Source of the DNA: the human T2T-CHM13v2.0 reference genome, Homo sapiens
Length of the DNA: 64,000 bases
Strand: one strand, 5' to 3'
NCBI RefSeq assembly: GCF_009914755.1
Contig: NC_060926.1
The position numbers and the translations under genes were made by a program. Numbering within the stretch: position 1 is the first letter of the stretch; the number at the start of each line of letters is the position of its first letter. Below are positions 1 to 14,601 of the stretch, piece by piece. A model generated the notes under the pieces. That model was not told the DNA's origin. It made no database searches and worked only from the letters and a program-made list of their open reading frames with translations.

Positions 1-3000
1 CCACAAGAAGATCAACCCCAGAAAACATAATCATCAGATTCTCCAAGGTTTAAATGAAAGAAAATATGTTAAGGGAAGCCAGAGAGAAGAAGGCCAGGTC
101 ACGTACAAAGGGAAACTCATCAGGTTTACAGTGGACCTCTTGGCAGAAACCCTACAAGACAGAAGAGATTGAGGGTAAATATTCAACTTTCTTAAAGAAA
201 ATAATTTCCAACCCAGAATTTTATATCTGACCAAACTAAGCTTCATAAGCAATGGAGAAATAAAATCCTTTTCAGATAAACAAATGCTGAGGCAATTCAT
301 CACCATCAGGCCTGCCTTGTAAGAGCTCCTAAAGGAAGTACTAAATATGGAAAGGAAAAAACATCACCAGCCACTATAAAAACACATTGAAGTACACAGA
401 CCAGTCACACTGTAATGCAACCACATAAGTCTGGAAAATAACCAGCTAGCATCATGATGACAGTATCAAATTCACACATAACAATGTTAACCTTCAATGT
501 AAATAAGCTAAATGCGCAGATTAAAAGACACAGAATGGCAAGCTGGATAAAGAGTCAACACCCATTGGTATGCTGTCACCAAGAGATCCATCTCATGTGC
601 AAAGCCATACATAGGCTCAAAATAAAGGGATGAAGGAAAATTTACCAAGCAAATGGGAAACAGAAAAAAGCAGGGGTGACCATCCTAGTTTTTGACAAAA
701 CAGACTTTAAACCAACAAAGATCAAAAGAGACAAAGAAGGGCACTACGTGGTAAAAGGTCAATTCAACAAGAAGAGCTAACTATCCTAAATATATACGCA
801 CCCAATACAAGAGCACCCGGATTCATAAAGCAAGTTCTTAGGAACCTACAAAGAGACTTAGACTTCCGCACAATAATAGTGGGGGACTTCAACACCCCAT
901 TGACAATATTAAATCATCAGAAGAGAAAATTAACAGATATTCAAGACCTGAACTCAGCTCTAGATCAAGTGGACCTGATAGATATCTATAGAAATCTCCA
1001 TCAAAAAACAACAGAATATACATTCTTCTCATCCCAAATGGAACTTACTCTAAAATTAATCACATAATCAGAAGTAAAACACTTCTCACCAAATGCAAAG
1101 GAATTGAAATCATAACAGTCTCTCAGACCACAGCACAATCAAATTAGAACACAAGATTGAGAAATTCACTCAAAACCACACAATTACATGGAAATTGAAC
1201 AACCTGCTCCTGAATGACTCTTGGGTGAATAATGAAATTAAGGCAGAAATCAAGACGTTCTTTGAAACTAATGAGAACAAAGAGAAATGTACCAGAATCT
1301 CTGGAACACAGGTAAAGCATTGCTAAGAGGGGAACTTATAGCACTAAATGCCCACATCAAAAAGCTAGAAAGCTCTCAGTGTAATCACCTAACACCTCAA
1401 CTAAAAGAATTAAAGATCCAAGAGCAAACAAATCCCAAAGCTAGCAGAAGACAAAAAATAACCAAGATCAGAGCTGAACTGAAAGAGATAGACACATAAA
1501 AAACCCTTCAAAAAATCAACAAATCCAGGAGTTGGTTTTTTGAAAAAAAAATAATAAAATATATAGACTGCTAGCTAGACTAATAAGGAATAAAAAAGAG
1601 AAGAATCAGATAGATGCAGTCAGAAATGATAAGAGGAATGTCACCACTGACCCCACAGAAATACAAACAACCATCAGAGAATACTATAAATATCTCTATG
1701 CATATAAACTAGAAAATCTGGAAAAAAATAGATAAATTTCTGCATATATGCACCCTCCCAAGACTGAACCAGGAAGAAATTGAATCCCTGAATAGACCAA
1801 TAATGAGTTCAGAAATTGGCAGTAATAAATTACCTACCAACTAACCAAAAACAACCCCAAGGACCAGACAAAATCACAGCTGAATTCTGCCAGAGTTAAA
1901 AAGAAGAGGTGACACCATTTCTACTAAAACCATTCAAAAAAATTAGAAAGGAAGGACTTTCCCTAATTCATTCGATGAGGCCAGCATCATCCTGATAGCA
2001 AAACCTGGCAGAGACACAACAACAACAACAAAAAACTTCAGGCCAATATCTCTGATGAACATCGAAGCAAAAATCCTGAACAAAATGCCAAATCTAGCAG
2101 CACATCAAAAAGTTTATCCACCATGATTAAGCTGGCTTCATCTTCAGAATGCAAGGTTGGTTCAACATACACAAATCAATAAATGATTCATCACATAAAC
2201 AGAACTAAAGACAAAACCACAAGATTATTTCAATAGATGCAGAAAATGCTTTTGATAAAATTCAGCATCTCTTCATGCTAAAAACTTTCAATAAACTAGG
2301 TATTGAAGGAATATACCTCAAAATAATAACAGCCATATATGACAAACCCACAGCCAATATCATACTGAATGGGCAAAAGCTGAAAGCATTCCCCTTGAAA
2401 ACCAGCACAAGACAAGGATGCTGTCTCTCACCACTCCTATTCAACATAGTATTGTAAGTTCTGGCCAGGGCAATCAGGCAAGAGAAAGAAATACAGAGTA
2501 CTCAAATGGGAAGAGAGGAAGTCAAATTATTTTTGTTTGCAGATGACATGATGCTATATCTAGAAAACTCCATAATCTCAGCCCAAAAGCTTCTTAAGCT
2601 GATAAGCAACTTCAGCAAAGTCTCAGGATATAAAATCAATATGCAATAATTACTAGCATTCCTATACACCAACAACCATCAAGCCAAGAGCCAAATCATG
2701 AATGAACTCCCATTTGGAATTGCTACAGAAAGAATAAAGTGCCTAGGAATACAGCTAACGGAGAAATGAAGGACCACTTCAAGGAGAACTACAAACCACT
2801 GCTCAAAGAAATCAGAGAGGACACAAACAAATGGAAAAACATCTCATGCTCATGGAGAGGAATAATTAATATGATGAAAATGGCCATACTGCCCAAAGTA
2901 ATTTATAGATTCAATGACATACCCATTAAACTACTGTTGACATTCTTCACAGAATTAGAAAAAAGCTATTTTAAAATTCATTTGAAAACAAAAAAGGACC

Positions 3001-4620
3001 TACGAATAGCCAAGACAATTCTAAGCAAAGAGAACAAAGCTGGAGGCATCACACTACCCAACTTCAAACTATACTACAAGGCTACATTAATCAAAACAGC
3101 ATGGTACTGGTTCAAGAACAGTCACATAGACCAATGGAACTGAATAGAGAACTCAGAAATAAGACTGACAAATAAAACCATCTGAGCTTTGACAAACCTG
3201 ACAAACCTGAGAAAAACAAGCATTAGGGAAATGATTCCCTATTCAATAAATGGTTCTGGGATAACTGGCTAGCAATATGCAGAAGATTAAAACTAGACCC
3301 TTTCCTTACACCATATATAAAAATCAGCTCAAGATGGATTAAAGACTTAAATGTAAAACTCAAAACTATAAAAAAAAAAAAAACCTAGGAGAAGATCTAG
3401 GCAATACCATTCAGGACATAGGCATGGGCAAAGATTTCATGATGAAGACACTAAAAGCAATTGCAACAAAAGCAAAAATTGACATATGGGATCTAATTAA
3501 ACTAAAGAGCTTCTGAACAACAAAAGAAACTATTATCAGAGTAAACGGACAACCTACAGAATGGGAGAAAATGTTTGCAATCTATCCATCTGACAAACAT
3601 CTAATATCCAGAGTCTACAATGAACTTGGACAAATTTACAAGAAAAAAAACAATTTCATTAAATAGTGGGCAAAGGACATGAAAATACACTTCTCAAAAG
3701 AATATATACCTCCAGCCAACAAACATAAGAAAAAAAGCTCAGCATCACTGATCATTAAAGAAATGTTCATCAAAGCCACAAATCAATACCATCTCATGCC
3801 AGTCAGAATACCTTTTTTTTTTTCCCTCAAGACAGAGTCTCACTCTGTCTCCCAGGCTGGAGTGCAGCGGTGCAATCTTGGTTCACTGCAACCTCACCAG
3901 AATGGCTATTGTTAAAAAGTCAAAAAACAACAATGCTGGCCAGGTTGTAAAGAAAAACTAATTTACACTTCCACCAATGCTTTTCACTGATGGTAGGATT
4001 GTAAATTAGTTCAACCATAGCGGAAGAGAGTGTGTTGATTCCTCAAAGACCTAGAGGCAGAAATACCATTTCACCTAGCAATCCCATTGCTGGGTATATA
4101 CCTAAAGGAATATAAATCATTCTATTATAAAGATACATGCACGCATATGTTCACTGAAGCACTGTTCACAATAGTAAAGACATGGAATCAACCTAAATGC
4201 CCATCAGTGATATACTGGATAAAGAAAATGTGGAACATATACACCATGGAATACTATGTAGCCATAAAAAAGAATGAGATCATGTCCTTTTCAGGGACAT
4301 GGATAGAGTTGGAAGCCATTATCTTTCAGCAAACTAACACAGAAACAGAAAACCAAACACAACATGTTCTTACTTATAAGAGGAAGCCGAATGATGAGAA
4401 CACCTGCACAAATGGGGAGGAACAACATACCCTGGAGCCTGCTGGGGGGTGGTGGGATGAAGGAGAGCATCAGGAAGAATAGCTCATGGGTGCTGGGTTT
4501 AATACCTAGGTGATGGGAACATCTGTAAAACAAACCACAATGGTATGCATTTACCTATTTAGCAAACCTACACATCCTACACACGCACCCCTGAACGTAA
4601 AATAAAAGTTGAAGAAAAAA
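1..4620 (+). mobile_element. LINE-1 of L1PA10-13 age; degenerate ORF1 C-terminus, ORF2 and 3'UTR; 5' part lies outside the window
   Basis: ORF2 peptide remnants include [30 protein letters not shown] and TIVKTWNQPKCPS. The 3'UTR ends 'cctgaacgtaaaataaaagttgaagaaaaaa'. Many stops and frameshifts. Confidence 0.93.
3813..3895 (-). mobile_element. Severely 5'-truncated Alu (~83 bp of right-arm 3' end) inserted in L1
   Basis: Poly(T) followed by 'agacagagtctcactctgtctcccaggctggagtgcagcggtgcaatcttggttcactgcaacctc'. Flanked by 'cagaat' at 3804-3809 and 3898-3903. Confidence 0.92.
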
Positions 4621-4631
4621 TTTACAAATTA

Positions 4632-5553
4632 AAATAAAATCAAAGATGTAAAAGGAGATGTTACAACTGATACTGCAGAAATTCAAAGGATCATTAGCAA
4701 CTACATACTAATAAATTGGAAATCTAGAGGAAATGGGTAAGTTCCTAGACACATACAACCTACCAAGATTGTACCATGAAGAAATCCAGAACCTGAACAG
4801 AACAATAATAAGTAATGAGATCAAAGCCATAATGACAATTATCTCAGAAAAGAAAAGCCTGGGACCCAATGACTTCACTTCTGATTCTATTAAACGTTTA
4901 AAAAAGAACCAAAACCAATCTACTCAAACTATAACAAAAAACAGAGGATAAGGAAGTACTTCCAAACTCATTTATGAGGTCAGTATTACCCTGATACCAA
5001 AAGCAAAGGCACATCAAAAAAAGAAAACTAAAGGTTAACATCTCTAATGAATATTGATGCAAAAATCCTCAACAAAATGCTGGCAAACAAAATTCAACAA
5101 TACATTTTAAAAATAATTCATCATAGCCAAGTGAGATTTATTCCAGGGATGCAAGGATGCTTCGACATGTGCACATCAATCAATGTGAATTATCACATCA
5201 GAAGAATGAAGAACAAAAACCTTATTATCATTTCAATTCATGCTGAAAAAAGCATTTAATAAACTTTAACACCACTTCATAATAGAAACTCTCGAAAAAC
5301 TGGGTATAGAAGGGATGTACCTCAACATAATAAAAGCCATTTATAACAGACCCACAGCTAGTATCATATGGCATGGGGAAAAATTGAAAGCTTTTCTCTA
5401 AGACCTGGAACATAACAAGGATACTCACTTTCTTCACTATTATTCAACATAGTACTGGAAGTCCCATCTACAGCAATCAGACAAGTGAAAGAAATAAAGG
5501 ACATCCAAATTGAAAAGGAGAAAGTCAAATTATCTTTGTTTGCAGATGATATG
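4632..5553 (+). mobile_element. Older L1 (L1M/L1MA-like) ORF2 RT fragment
   Basis: Peptides [21 protein letters not shown] and [13 protein letters not shown]. It stops abruptly at the FADD motif. Confidence 0.85.
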
Positions 5554-5559
5554 AGCTGG

Positions 5560-7768
5560 ACATTGGGTAATAATAAAAGGGTCAATTGGCCAAGAAGTCA
5601 TCACAATCTAAATGACAGCTACAAAATATCTGAAGTAAAAACTGATAGAACTGAAAAGAGAAATATTTAAATCCACAATTATAGTCATAGACTTCAACAC
5701 CCATCTACCAACAATTGATGGACCAACTATGCAGAAAATCAGGAAGGATATAAAAGAACTCAACCAAAGAATCGAATTAACACTTATAGAATATTACACT
5801 AAAAAATAGCAGAATACAAATTATTACCAAGCACTCAGAACGTATACCAAGATAGTCTATATCATGGGCCACAAAACAAATTTCATGTAATTTAAGTCAC
5901 ATACAGTGTGTATTATGCCCATGATAGAATCACACTAGAAATCAATAACAGAAAGATAACCAGGAAATCTACAAGTATTGGAAACTAAACATAGTCTTCT
6001 AAATAATTTGTAGGTCGAAGTGGAATTCTCAACCAAATTTAAAAATACACTGAAATGAAAGAAAATTAGAATACAGTATATCAAAACTGGGATGTAGTAA
6101 AGCAGTGCTAAAGCAGGGCCGTTTATAACATAAATAAATTATTTAAGTTCCAATATCAAAAACCTAGATAAAGAAGATCAAAATAAATCAAAAACAAGCA
6201 GAAGGAAGGAAGTAATAAAGATAAAAAACTAATTCCCCCAAAATGTAAACTACCAAAACTCACCATGTGTGAAATATATGAGTTGCCCTATAATTAAGAA
6301 AATTCCATTAATAATTTTTTAAAACCTCCTCAAAAAAGATGAGGATTTCAATGGAAAATTCTCCCAAATGTTTAAAGAAGAATTAACACCAATTCTATAT
6401 AATCTCTTCCAGAAAGTAGAAGAGGAAACACTTCCCAACTCATTCTATAAAACCACTATTAGCATGATAACAAAATCAGACAAATAAAATAAAACATTTT
6501 AAAAGAAAACTACAGATCACTATCCTGCATGAATACAGATGCAAAACTTCTTAACAAAACTCTAGCAAATGGATTTCAACAATATATAAAAATAATAATA
6601 TACCATAACTAAGTGACACTTACCCAGGAATGCAAAGCTGGTTCACTACTCAAAAATCAACCTATATAAAACACAATATTAACAAGTTAAAGAAGAAAAA
6701 TAACATGATCATATAAATTGATATAGAAAAAAATATTTGGCAAAATCTAATCCCCATTATGATAAAAATTCTCAGAGAATCAGGAGAAAAATGTTCTAAA
6801 CTTGGTAAAGAATACTAAATAAAAAAATCTATACCTAACATCATATTTATGGTGAAAAACTAAATGCTTTCCCTACAATATTGAGAAGAAAAGAAGGTTC
6901 AATTTCAGCACTACTATTTGGCGTAATACTGGAAATTCTAGCAAGGTGAATAGGCAAAGAATATAAGATAAAAACATAATAAAAGCCATATATGTTGAAA
7001 ATAAGAAATAAAACCGCTTCTATTTGCAAATGACATGCTGTCCATGTAGAAAATCCAAATTATTTTATTTTTTTAAATTATATTATTAGTAAATTAGATC
7101 ATCAAGGTAGTGGGATATTACATTTATATATATTAGCAATGAACAATGGCAGTATTCTCCAAATTTGTCTACAGATTTAACAGAACCCTTATCAAAATCC
7201 CAGCTAGACTTTTCACAAAATTATCCTAAGATTCATATGGAAACTCATGGTTCCCAGATTTACCAAAACAATATTGAAAAAGAAGAACTACGTTGAAGAA
7301 CTCACACTTACCAATTTCAAAACATAATACAAAACTACAGTAATTATATGGCACTGGCATAAATATAGACATACAAATCAATGGGATAGAACTGAGATTT
7401 CAGATATAGACTCTATATTTATGGCCATTTGATTTTTAGCAAAAATGTCAGGACAATTCAATAGGGAAAGAATAGCTTTGCCAACAAATAGTGGAGGGAT
7501 ACCAGGTTATCTGTATCCAAAAGGATAAAATTGGACCTGTACTTCATATGGTACACAAAAAATAATGGGAAATAGGTCAGAAGCTTAAAAATAAGAGATA
7601 AATAACTACAAATCTCTTAGCCAAAACATAGGAATAAATCTTCATGACTTTGATTTAGACAATGGTTTCTTAGATGTGACACCAAAGCACAAAAAAAAGA
7701 GACAAATTGGACTCCATCAACATTTTAAAACTTTCATGCTGTTAAGGACAATCAGGAAAGTAAAAAGA
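5560..7768 (+). mobile_element. Ancient, internally deleted L1M ORF2 (host of the L1PB insertion), left part
   Basis: Degenerate EN/RT motifs ('gacttcaacacccatct', 'atgaatacagatgcaaaact', 'tttgcaaatgacatg'). It resumes after 14526. Confidence 0.8.
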
Positions 7769-10700
7769 GGTGGTAACCAGGAAAATGGCAGACAGGAGAC
7801 AGGACTAACATGCAGCTCCCACTTGGATGGACAGAACAGTGTATGAAGGTTCACATCATGAATTTTTCCTCTAAGAACCACCACAGGAACATATTAGGAA
7901 AACCAAAATAATTCACGGACCCTTTGAAATAAGTGGCTTGCCACTGGAAACTCTGAGACAGCCAAAAAACTGTGAGTCCCCGAAGTGTGAGAGGGGAAAC
8001 AGTCTGCAGAACACATCCCCACTGGGGAACCTGAAAATCCAGATCACAGGAGAAGGACTTAACCTTACCTAGAGGTGAAATGGATTTAGGGAGCCAAGCA
8101 AAATACAAAAGTAGAAAAGCCAGCAGAAAGAGCCCATAGGCACTCCCAAGTCCCCAGCTTGAGCCCAGGGAAGCAATCCCAGGCAATATCTCACAGGGGT
8201 CCTTGGAGAAGGCAGCCAGAAGAACTGGGGAGGGGTCACAGGGTGAAGGAAGCTTCTAGCTAAACTTTGTAATAATTTTGACTGAGCATGAATTTTCCTG
8301 AGCAGAATCTATGGGTGGGGTGCGAAGGAGAAGTGCAAGTATGAGTACAGAAGCAACAGCCAAAGGCACGAACAGGAAGGAAGGGGCAGGGTCTGAGACC
8401 CCTGCTTGCTTCCTCAGCAGAGAGGCTTGTAGCCTGGGGCAAGATCTCAGCCCTACACTCCAGCTGCCTGGATATAAATTTGGTGCTGTTGGCAGGGCAC
8501 AGTGGGAGTGAGACTAGCCTAGCTGGCTACATGAGAGCTGGATGAGACCTGTGACTAATGACTTTCCCTCACTTTCCTGGTGATCTGTATGATGCAGCAG
8601 AGGCAGGCATAATCCTCCTTATGACATAACTCCACTGGCCTGAGACCCACCTCCTCATCCCTCACAGAGACTGCAGCAAGCCCTGCCCAAGAAGAATCTG
8701 ACCTCAAATATGCCTAAACCCGCCCCCATTTGATGTTTTTTCTCTACCCACCAGTAGCCAAAGACAAAAGACAAACTCTTGGGAGCTCTATGGCCCCACC
8801 CCATTGCCTGAGAAACCTAAATACTTATCCTAGCCAACACAGGGCAAACTTACAACCCCCTTCTACTACCACAGCTGGTGTTCTCTTGAAAGTCCCACCT
8901 CCTGGCTGAGGCCCAACTAACTCAAACCATTATGGCAACTCACAACAGAACAACTGTGCTCCAAAGAAGGAGAAAATAACAGCTAAATCCATGACCTGCA
9001 ACATCCTGGCTAACCAGAGATCCTGAGTCTGTCCCCATGACAACTTCACTGCTAGCATAACCAGCATTTCAGAAAACCAGTGCCCTAAACAAAACTGCAA
9101 CCAAGGACTTCCACAGAGTCCATGTCACTTTTCTGCCATATCTATTAGAGCAGGTGCTGGAATCCATAACTGGGAATCCTGAAAATGGGTAACATCACAG
9201 GACTCTTTGAAGACATTCCCAGCACCAGCTCAGAGCCCAGTAGCCCCACTGACTGGCTAGACAGAACGGTGAACACAATCACTGCTGTTCAGCTCTCAGG
9301 AAGCCCCATCCCCAGGGGAAGAGGAAGAGCACCACATCAAGGGATTGCCACATGGAACAAAAAAATCTGGACAGCAGCCCTTCAGTCCCAGATCTTTCCA
9401 CTGAAACAGTCTACCCAAAGGGGAAGGAACCAGAAACGGAACTATGATAATGTGACAAAACAAGATTCTATAACATTCACAAAAGATCACACTAGAGCAA
9501 TGAATCCAAACCAAGAAGAAATCTCTGAATTGCCAGATAAACAATTCAGAAGGTTGATTATTAAGCTATTCAAGGAGGTACCAGAGAAAGGTGAAAACCA
9601 ACTTAATACAATTTTTTAAAATACAGGCTATGGATGAAAAAGTCTCCAGAGAAATAGATATCATAAAGAAAAAACAATCACAACTTCTGGAAATGAAAGA
9701 CACACTTAGAGAAATACAAAATACACTGGAAAGTTTCAACAATAAACTAGAACAAGTAGAAGAAAGAACTTCATAGCTTGAAGACAAGGCTTTCTAATTA
9801 ACCCAATCCAACAAAGAAAAAAGAATTTTAAAAAATGAATAAAGCCTTCAAGAAATTTGGGATTATGTTAAATGACCACACATAAGAATAATTGATATTC
9901 CTGAGGAAGAAGAGAAATCTAAAACTCTGGAAAACTTATTTGAGCAAATAATCTAGGAAAACATCCCCGGTCTTGCTAGAGATCTAAACATCCAAATACA
10001 AGAAGTTCAAAAACCACACAGGAAATTAATTGCAAAAAGGTCATCATCTAGATACATAGTCACCAGGTTATCTAAAGTCAAGACAAAGGAAACCATCTTA
10101 AGAGCTGTGAGGCAAAAGCATCAGACAACCTATAAAGGAAAACCTATCAGATTAACAGCAGATTTCTCAGCAGAAACCCTACTGAGGCCTGAAGGGAATG
10201 GGGTCCTATTGTTAGCCTCCTTAAGCAAAATAATTTTCAGCAAATAATTTTGTACCCAGCAAAACTAAGCTTCATAAATGAAAGAGAGATAAAGTCTTTT
10301 TCAGACAAACAAGTGCTGAGAGAATTTGCAACTACCAAGCCATCACTACAAGAAATGCTAAAAGGAGTTCTAAATCTTGAAACACAACCTCAAAGTACAC
10401 CAAAATAGAACCTCCTTAAAGGATGAATCTCACATGGCCTATAAAACAATAACACAATTAAAAAAAAGATATTCAGGCAACAACTAGCACAATGAATAGA
10501 ACAGTACCTCACATTTCAATACTAACATTTAATGTCAATGGCCTAATGCTCCACTTAAAAGATACAGAATGGCAGAATAAATAAGAATTCACCAACCAAA
10601 TATCTGCTGTCTTCAAGAGATTCACCTAACAAATAGGGACTCACATAAACTTAAGGTAAAGGGGTGGAAAACATAGTCCATGCAAATGGACATCAAAAGC

Positions 10701-13700
10701 AAGCAGGACTACCTATTTTTATAGTAGACAAAACAGACTTTCAAGCAACAGCAGTTAAAAAAGACAAGGAGGGACATTATATAATGATAAAAGGACTAGT
10801 TCAACAGGAAAATATCACAATCCTAAATATATATGCACCTAACACTAGAGCATCCAAATTTATAAAACAGTTACTACTAGACCTAAGAAATAAGATAGAC
10901 AGCAACACAATAATAGTGGGGGACCTCAGTACTCCACTGACAGCACTAGACTGGTCATCAAGACAAAAAGTCAACAAAGAAACAATAGACTCAAACTATA
11001 CCCTAGAAAAATCAACTTAACAGATATTTATTGAACAGTTTCCCCAACAACTGCAGAACACACATTCTTTTCATCAGCATATAGAACATTCTGCAAGATA
11101 GACCATATGATAGACCACAAAACAAATCTCAATAAATTTAAGAAAATTGAAATGATATCAAGTACTCTCTCAGACCACAGTGAGAATAAAATTGGAAATT
11201 AACTCCAAAAGGAACCCTCAAAACTATACAGACACATGGAAATTAAATAATCTGCTCCTGAATGATCTTTGGGTCAACAATGAAATCAAGATTGAAATTA
11301 AAAAATTATTTTACCTGAACAATAATAGTGACAAAACCTATCAAAACCTTTGAGATACAACCAAAAAAGGTGCTAAGAGGAAAGGTCTTAGCATTAAGTG
11401 TCTATATTCAAAACTTTGAAAGAGCACAAACAGACAATCTAAGCTCAAACTCCAATGCACTAGAGAAACAAGAACAAACCAAACCCAAACTCAGCAGAAG
11501 AAAAAACATAACAAAAATCAAAACAGAATTAAATAAAATTGAAACAAAAAAATAAATGAAACCAAAAGCTGTTTCTTTGAAAAGATAAACAAAATTTGAC
11601 AATTAACAAAATTAACCAAGAAAAGAAAAGATCGAAATAAGTTCAATTAGAAATGAAATAGGAGATATTACAACTGATACAACAAAAATACAAAAGATCA
11701 TTCAAGGCCACTATGAACACCTTTGTGTGTACATACTAGAAAACCTAGAGGAGATGGATAAATTATTGGAAACTTACAACCCTCCTAGATTGAACCAGGA
11801 AGAATTAGAAACTCTGAGCAGACCAATAACAAGTAGTGAGATTGAAACCATAATAAAAAATTGCCAACAACAAAAAAAGTACAGAACCAGATGGATTCAC
11901 AGATGAATTATATCAGACATTCAAAGAAAAATTGGTACCAATCCTGTTGAAACTATTCAAAAGGATAGAGAAAGAGGGAATCCTCCCTAAATCATTCTAT
12001 AAAACCAGTATCAGCCTAATACCAAAACCAGGAAATGACATAACAAAAAAAGAAAACTACAGACCAATATCTCTGATGAATATAGATGCTAAAATCCTCA
12101 ACAAAATACTAAATATCCAAATCCAACAGCATATCAAAAAGATAACCCACCACGATCAAGTGGGTTTTATACCAAGGATGCAGGGTTGGTTTAACATACA
12201 CAAGTCAATAAATGTGATATACCACATAATTTAACATAAGCAAGTCAATAAATGTGATACATCTTGTAAACAAAATTAAAAATCAAAATCACATAATCAT
12301 CTCAATAGATGCAGTAAAAGCATTTGACAAAATCCAGCATCCCTTTATGCTTAAAACTCTCAGCAAAATTAGCATACAAGGGATATACTTTAAGGTAATA
12401 AAAGCCATCTATGACAAACCCTCAGCCAACATTATACTGAATGGGGAAAAGTTGAAAGCATTCCCTCAAAAACTGGAATAAGACAAGGATGCCCACTTTC
12501 ACCATTTCTATTCAACACACTACTGGAAGTCCTAGCCAGAGCAATCAGACACAAGAAAGACATAAAGGGGATCCAAATCAGTAAAGAGGAATTCAAACTA
12601 TTGTCAGTAGTACGATTGTATACCTGGAAAACCCTAAAGACTCATCCAAAGAGCTCCTAGATCTGATAAATTGATTCAGTAAAGTTTCAGGATACGAAAT
12701 CAATGTACAAAAATCAGTAACCCTGCTATACACCAACAATGACCAAGCTGAGAGTCAAATCAAGAACTCAACCACTTTTACAATAGCTGAAAAAAAAAAA
12801 AAAAGATAAAATACTTAGGAATATCCCTAACCAAGGAGGTGAAAGAACTCTACAAGGAAAGCTACAAACCACTGCTCAAAGAAATCAAAGATGACATAAA
12901 CAAATGGAAACACATCCCATGCTCATGGATGGGAAGAATCAATATCATGACAATCACCATAGGGCCAAAAAAATCTACAAATTCAATATAATGCTCATCA
13001 AAATACCATCACCATTCTTCACAGAACTAGAAAAAAACAATCCTAAAAGTCATATGAAACAAAAAAAAGAGTCCACATAGCCAAAGAAAGACTAAGCAAA
13101 AAGAACAAACCTGGAAGCATCACATTACCCAACTTCAAACTATACTACAAGTCCAGAGTTACCAAAGCAGCACATGACTGGTATAAAAATAGACACATAG
13201 ACCAATGGAACAGAATAGAGAACTCAGAAATAAACTCACGTACTTACAGCCAACTGATCTTTGACAAAGCAAACCAAAACAAAAAGTGGGGAAAGGACAT
13301 CCTATTCAAAAATGGTGCTAGGATAATTGGCAAGCCACATGTAGAAGAATGAAACTGGATCTTCCTCTCTCACCTTATACAAAAACCAACTCAAGATTGA
13401 TCAAAGACTTAAATCTAAGACCTGAGACTATTAAAATTCTAGAAGATAACATCAGAAGAAACTTTTCTAGACATTGGCTTAGGCAAAGAGTTCACGACCA
13501 AGAACCCAAAAGCAAATGCAACAAAATAAAAATAAACAGATGGGACTTAATTAAACTAAAAAGCTTCTGCACAGCAAAAGAAATAATCAACAGAATAAAC
13601 AGACAACCCACAGAGTGGGAGAAAATATTTGCAAACTATGCATTAAAGAACTAATATCCAGAATCTACAAGAAACTCAAACAATTCAGCAAGAAAAAAAA

Positions 13701-14525
13701 AATCCTATCAAAAAGTGGGCTAAGGACATGAACAGAAAATTCTCAAAAGAAGATGTACAAATGGCCAATAAACATATGAAAAAATGTTCACCATCACTAA
13801 TGATCAGGGAAATACAAATCAAAACCACAATGGGATACTACCTTACTCCTGCAAAAATGGTCATAATTTTAAAATTTAAAAAAAATAGATGTTGGTGTGG
13901 ATGTGGTGAAAAGGGAACACTTTTACACTGCCGGTGGGACACTAGTTGTACACTAGTACAACCACTATGGAAAACAGTATGAAGACTCCTTAAAGAATTA
14001 ATAGTAGAACACCATTTGATCCAGCAATTCCACCCAGAGGAAATGAAGTCCATACACGAAAAAGACACTTGCACATGCATGTTTATAGCAGCATAATTCG
14101 CAATTGCAAAAATATGGAACCAGCCTAAATCCCCCTCAACCAATGAGTGGATAAAGAAGATGTGGTATATATATATATATACCATGGAATACTTCTCAGC
14201 CATAAAAAGGAACAAAATCATGGCATTTGCAGCAACCTGGATGGTGTTGAAGACCATTATTCTAAGCGAAGTAACTCAGGAATGGAAAAACAAACATCAC
14301 TTATAAGTGAGAGCTAAGCTATGAGGATGAAAAGACATAAGAATTATATAATGGACTCTGGGGGAAGGGTAGGAGGGGTGTGAGAGATAAAAATCTAGAC
14401 ATTGGGTACAGTGTACACTGCTCAGGTGATGAATGCACCAAAATCTCAGAAATCACCACTAAAAAACTTATTCATATACCAAACACCACCTGTTACCTAA
14501 AACCTATTGAAATAATAATTTTTAA
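7769..14525 (+). mobile_element. Full-length (~6.75 kb) L1PB-type LINE-1, inactivated
   Basis: L1PB-like 5'UTR ('aggactaacatgcagctcccacttggatggacagaacag'), ORF1 remnant (MNPNQEEISELPDKQFRRLIIK), ORF2 remnants, and 3' end 'aaacaccacctgttacctaaaacctattgaaataat'. The 12-bp TSD aaagtaaaaaga is at 7757-7768 and 14526-14537. Confidence 0.92.
12190..12269 (+). repeat. 40-bp tandem duplication inside L1PB ORF2
   Basis: 'tttaacatacacaagtcaataaatgtgatataccacataa' is followed by 'tttaacataagcaagtcaataaatgtgatacatcttgtaa'. Confidence 0.85.
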
Positions 14526-14601
14526 AAAGTAAAAAGACAACCCACAATGGCAGAATATATCGTTAAATAATATTTCTTACAAGGAACTTAATTCCATAAT
14601 A

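Noticed and set aside
9185-9619. 144-aa ORF
   Set aside because: It is a chance read-through from the L1PB 5'UTR into the degenerate ORF1 N-terminus.
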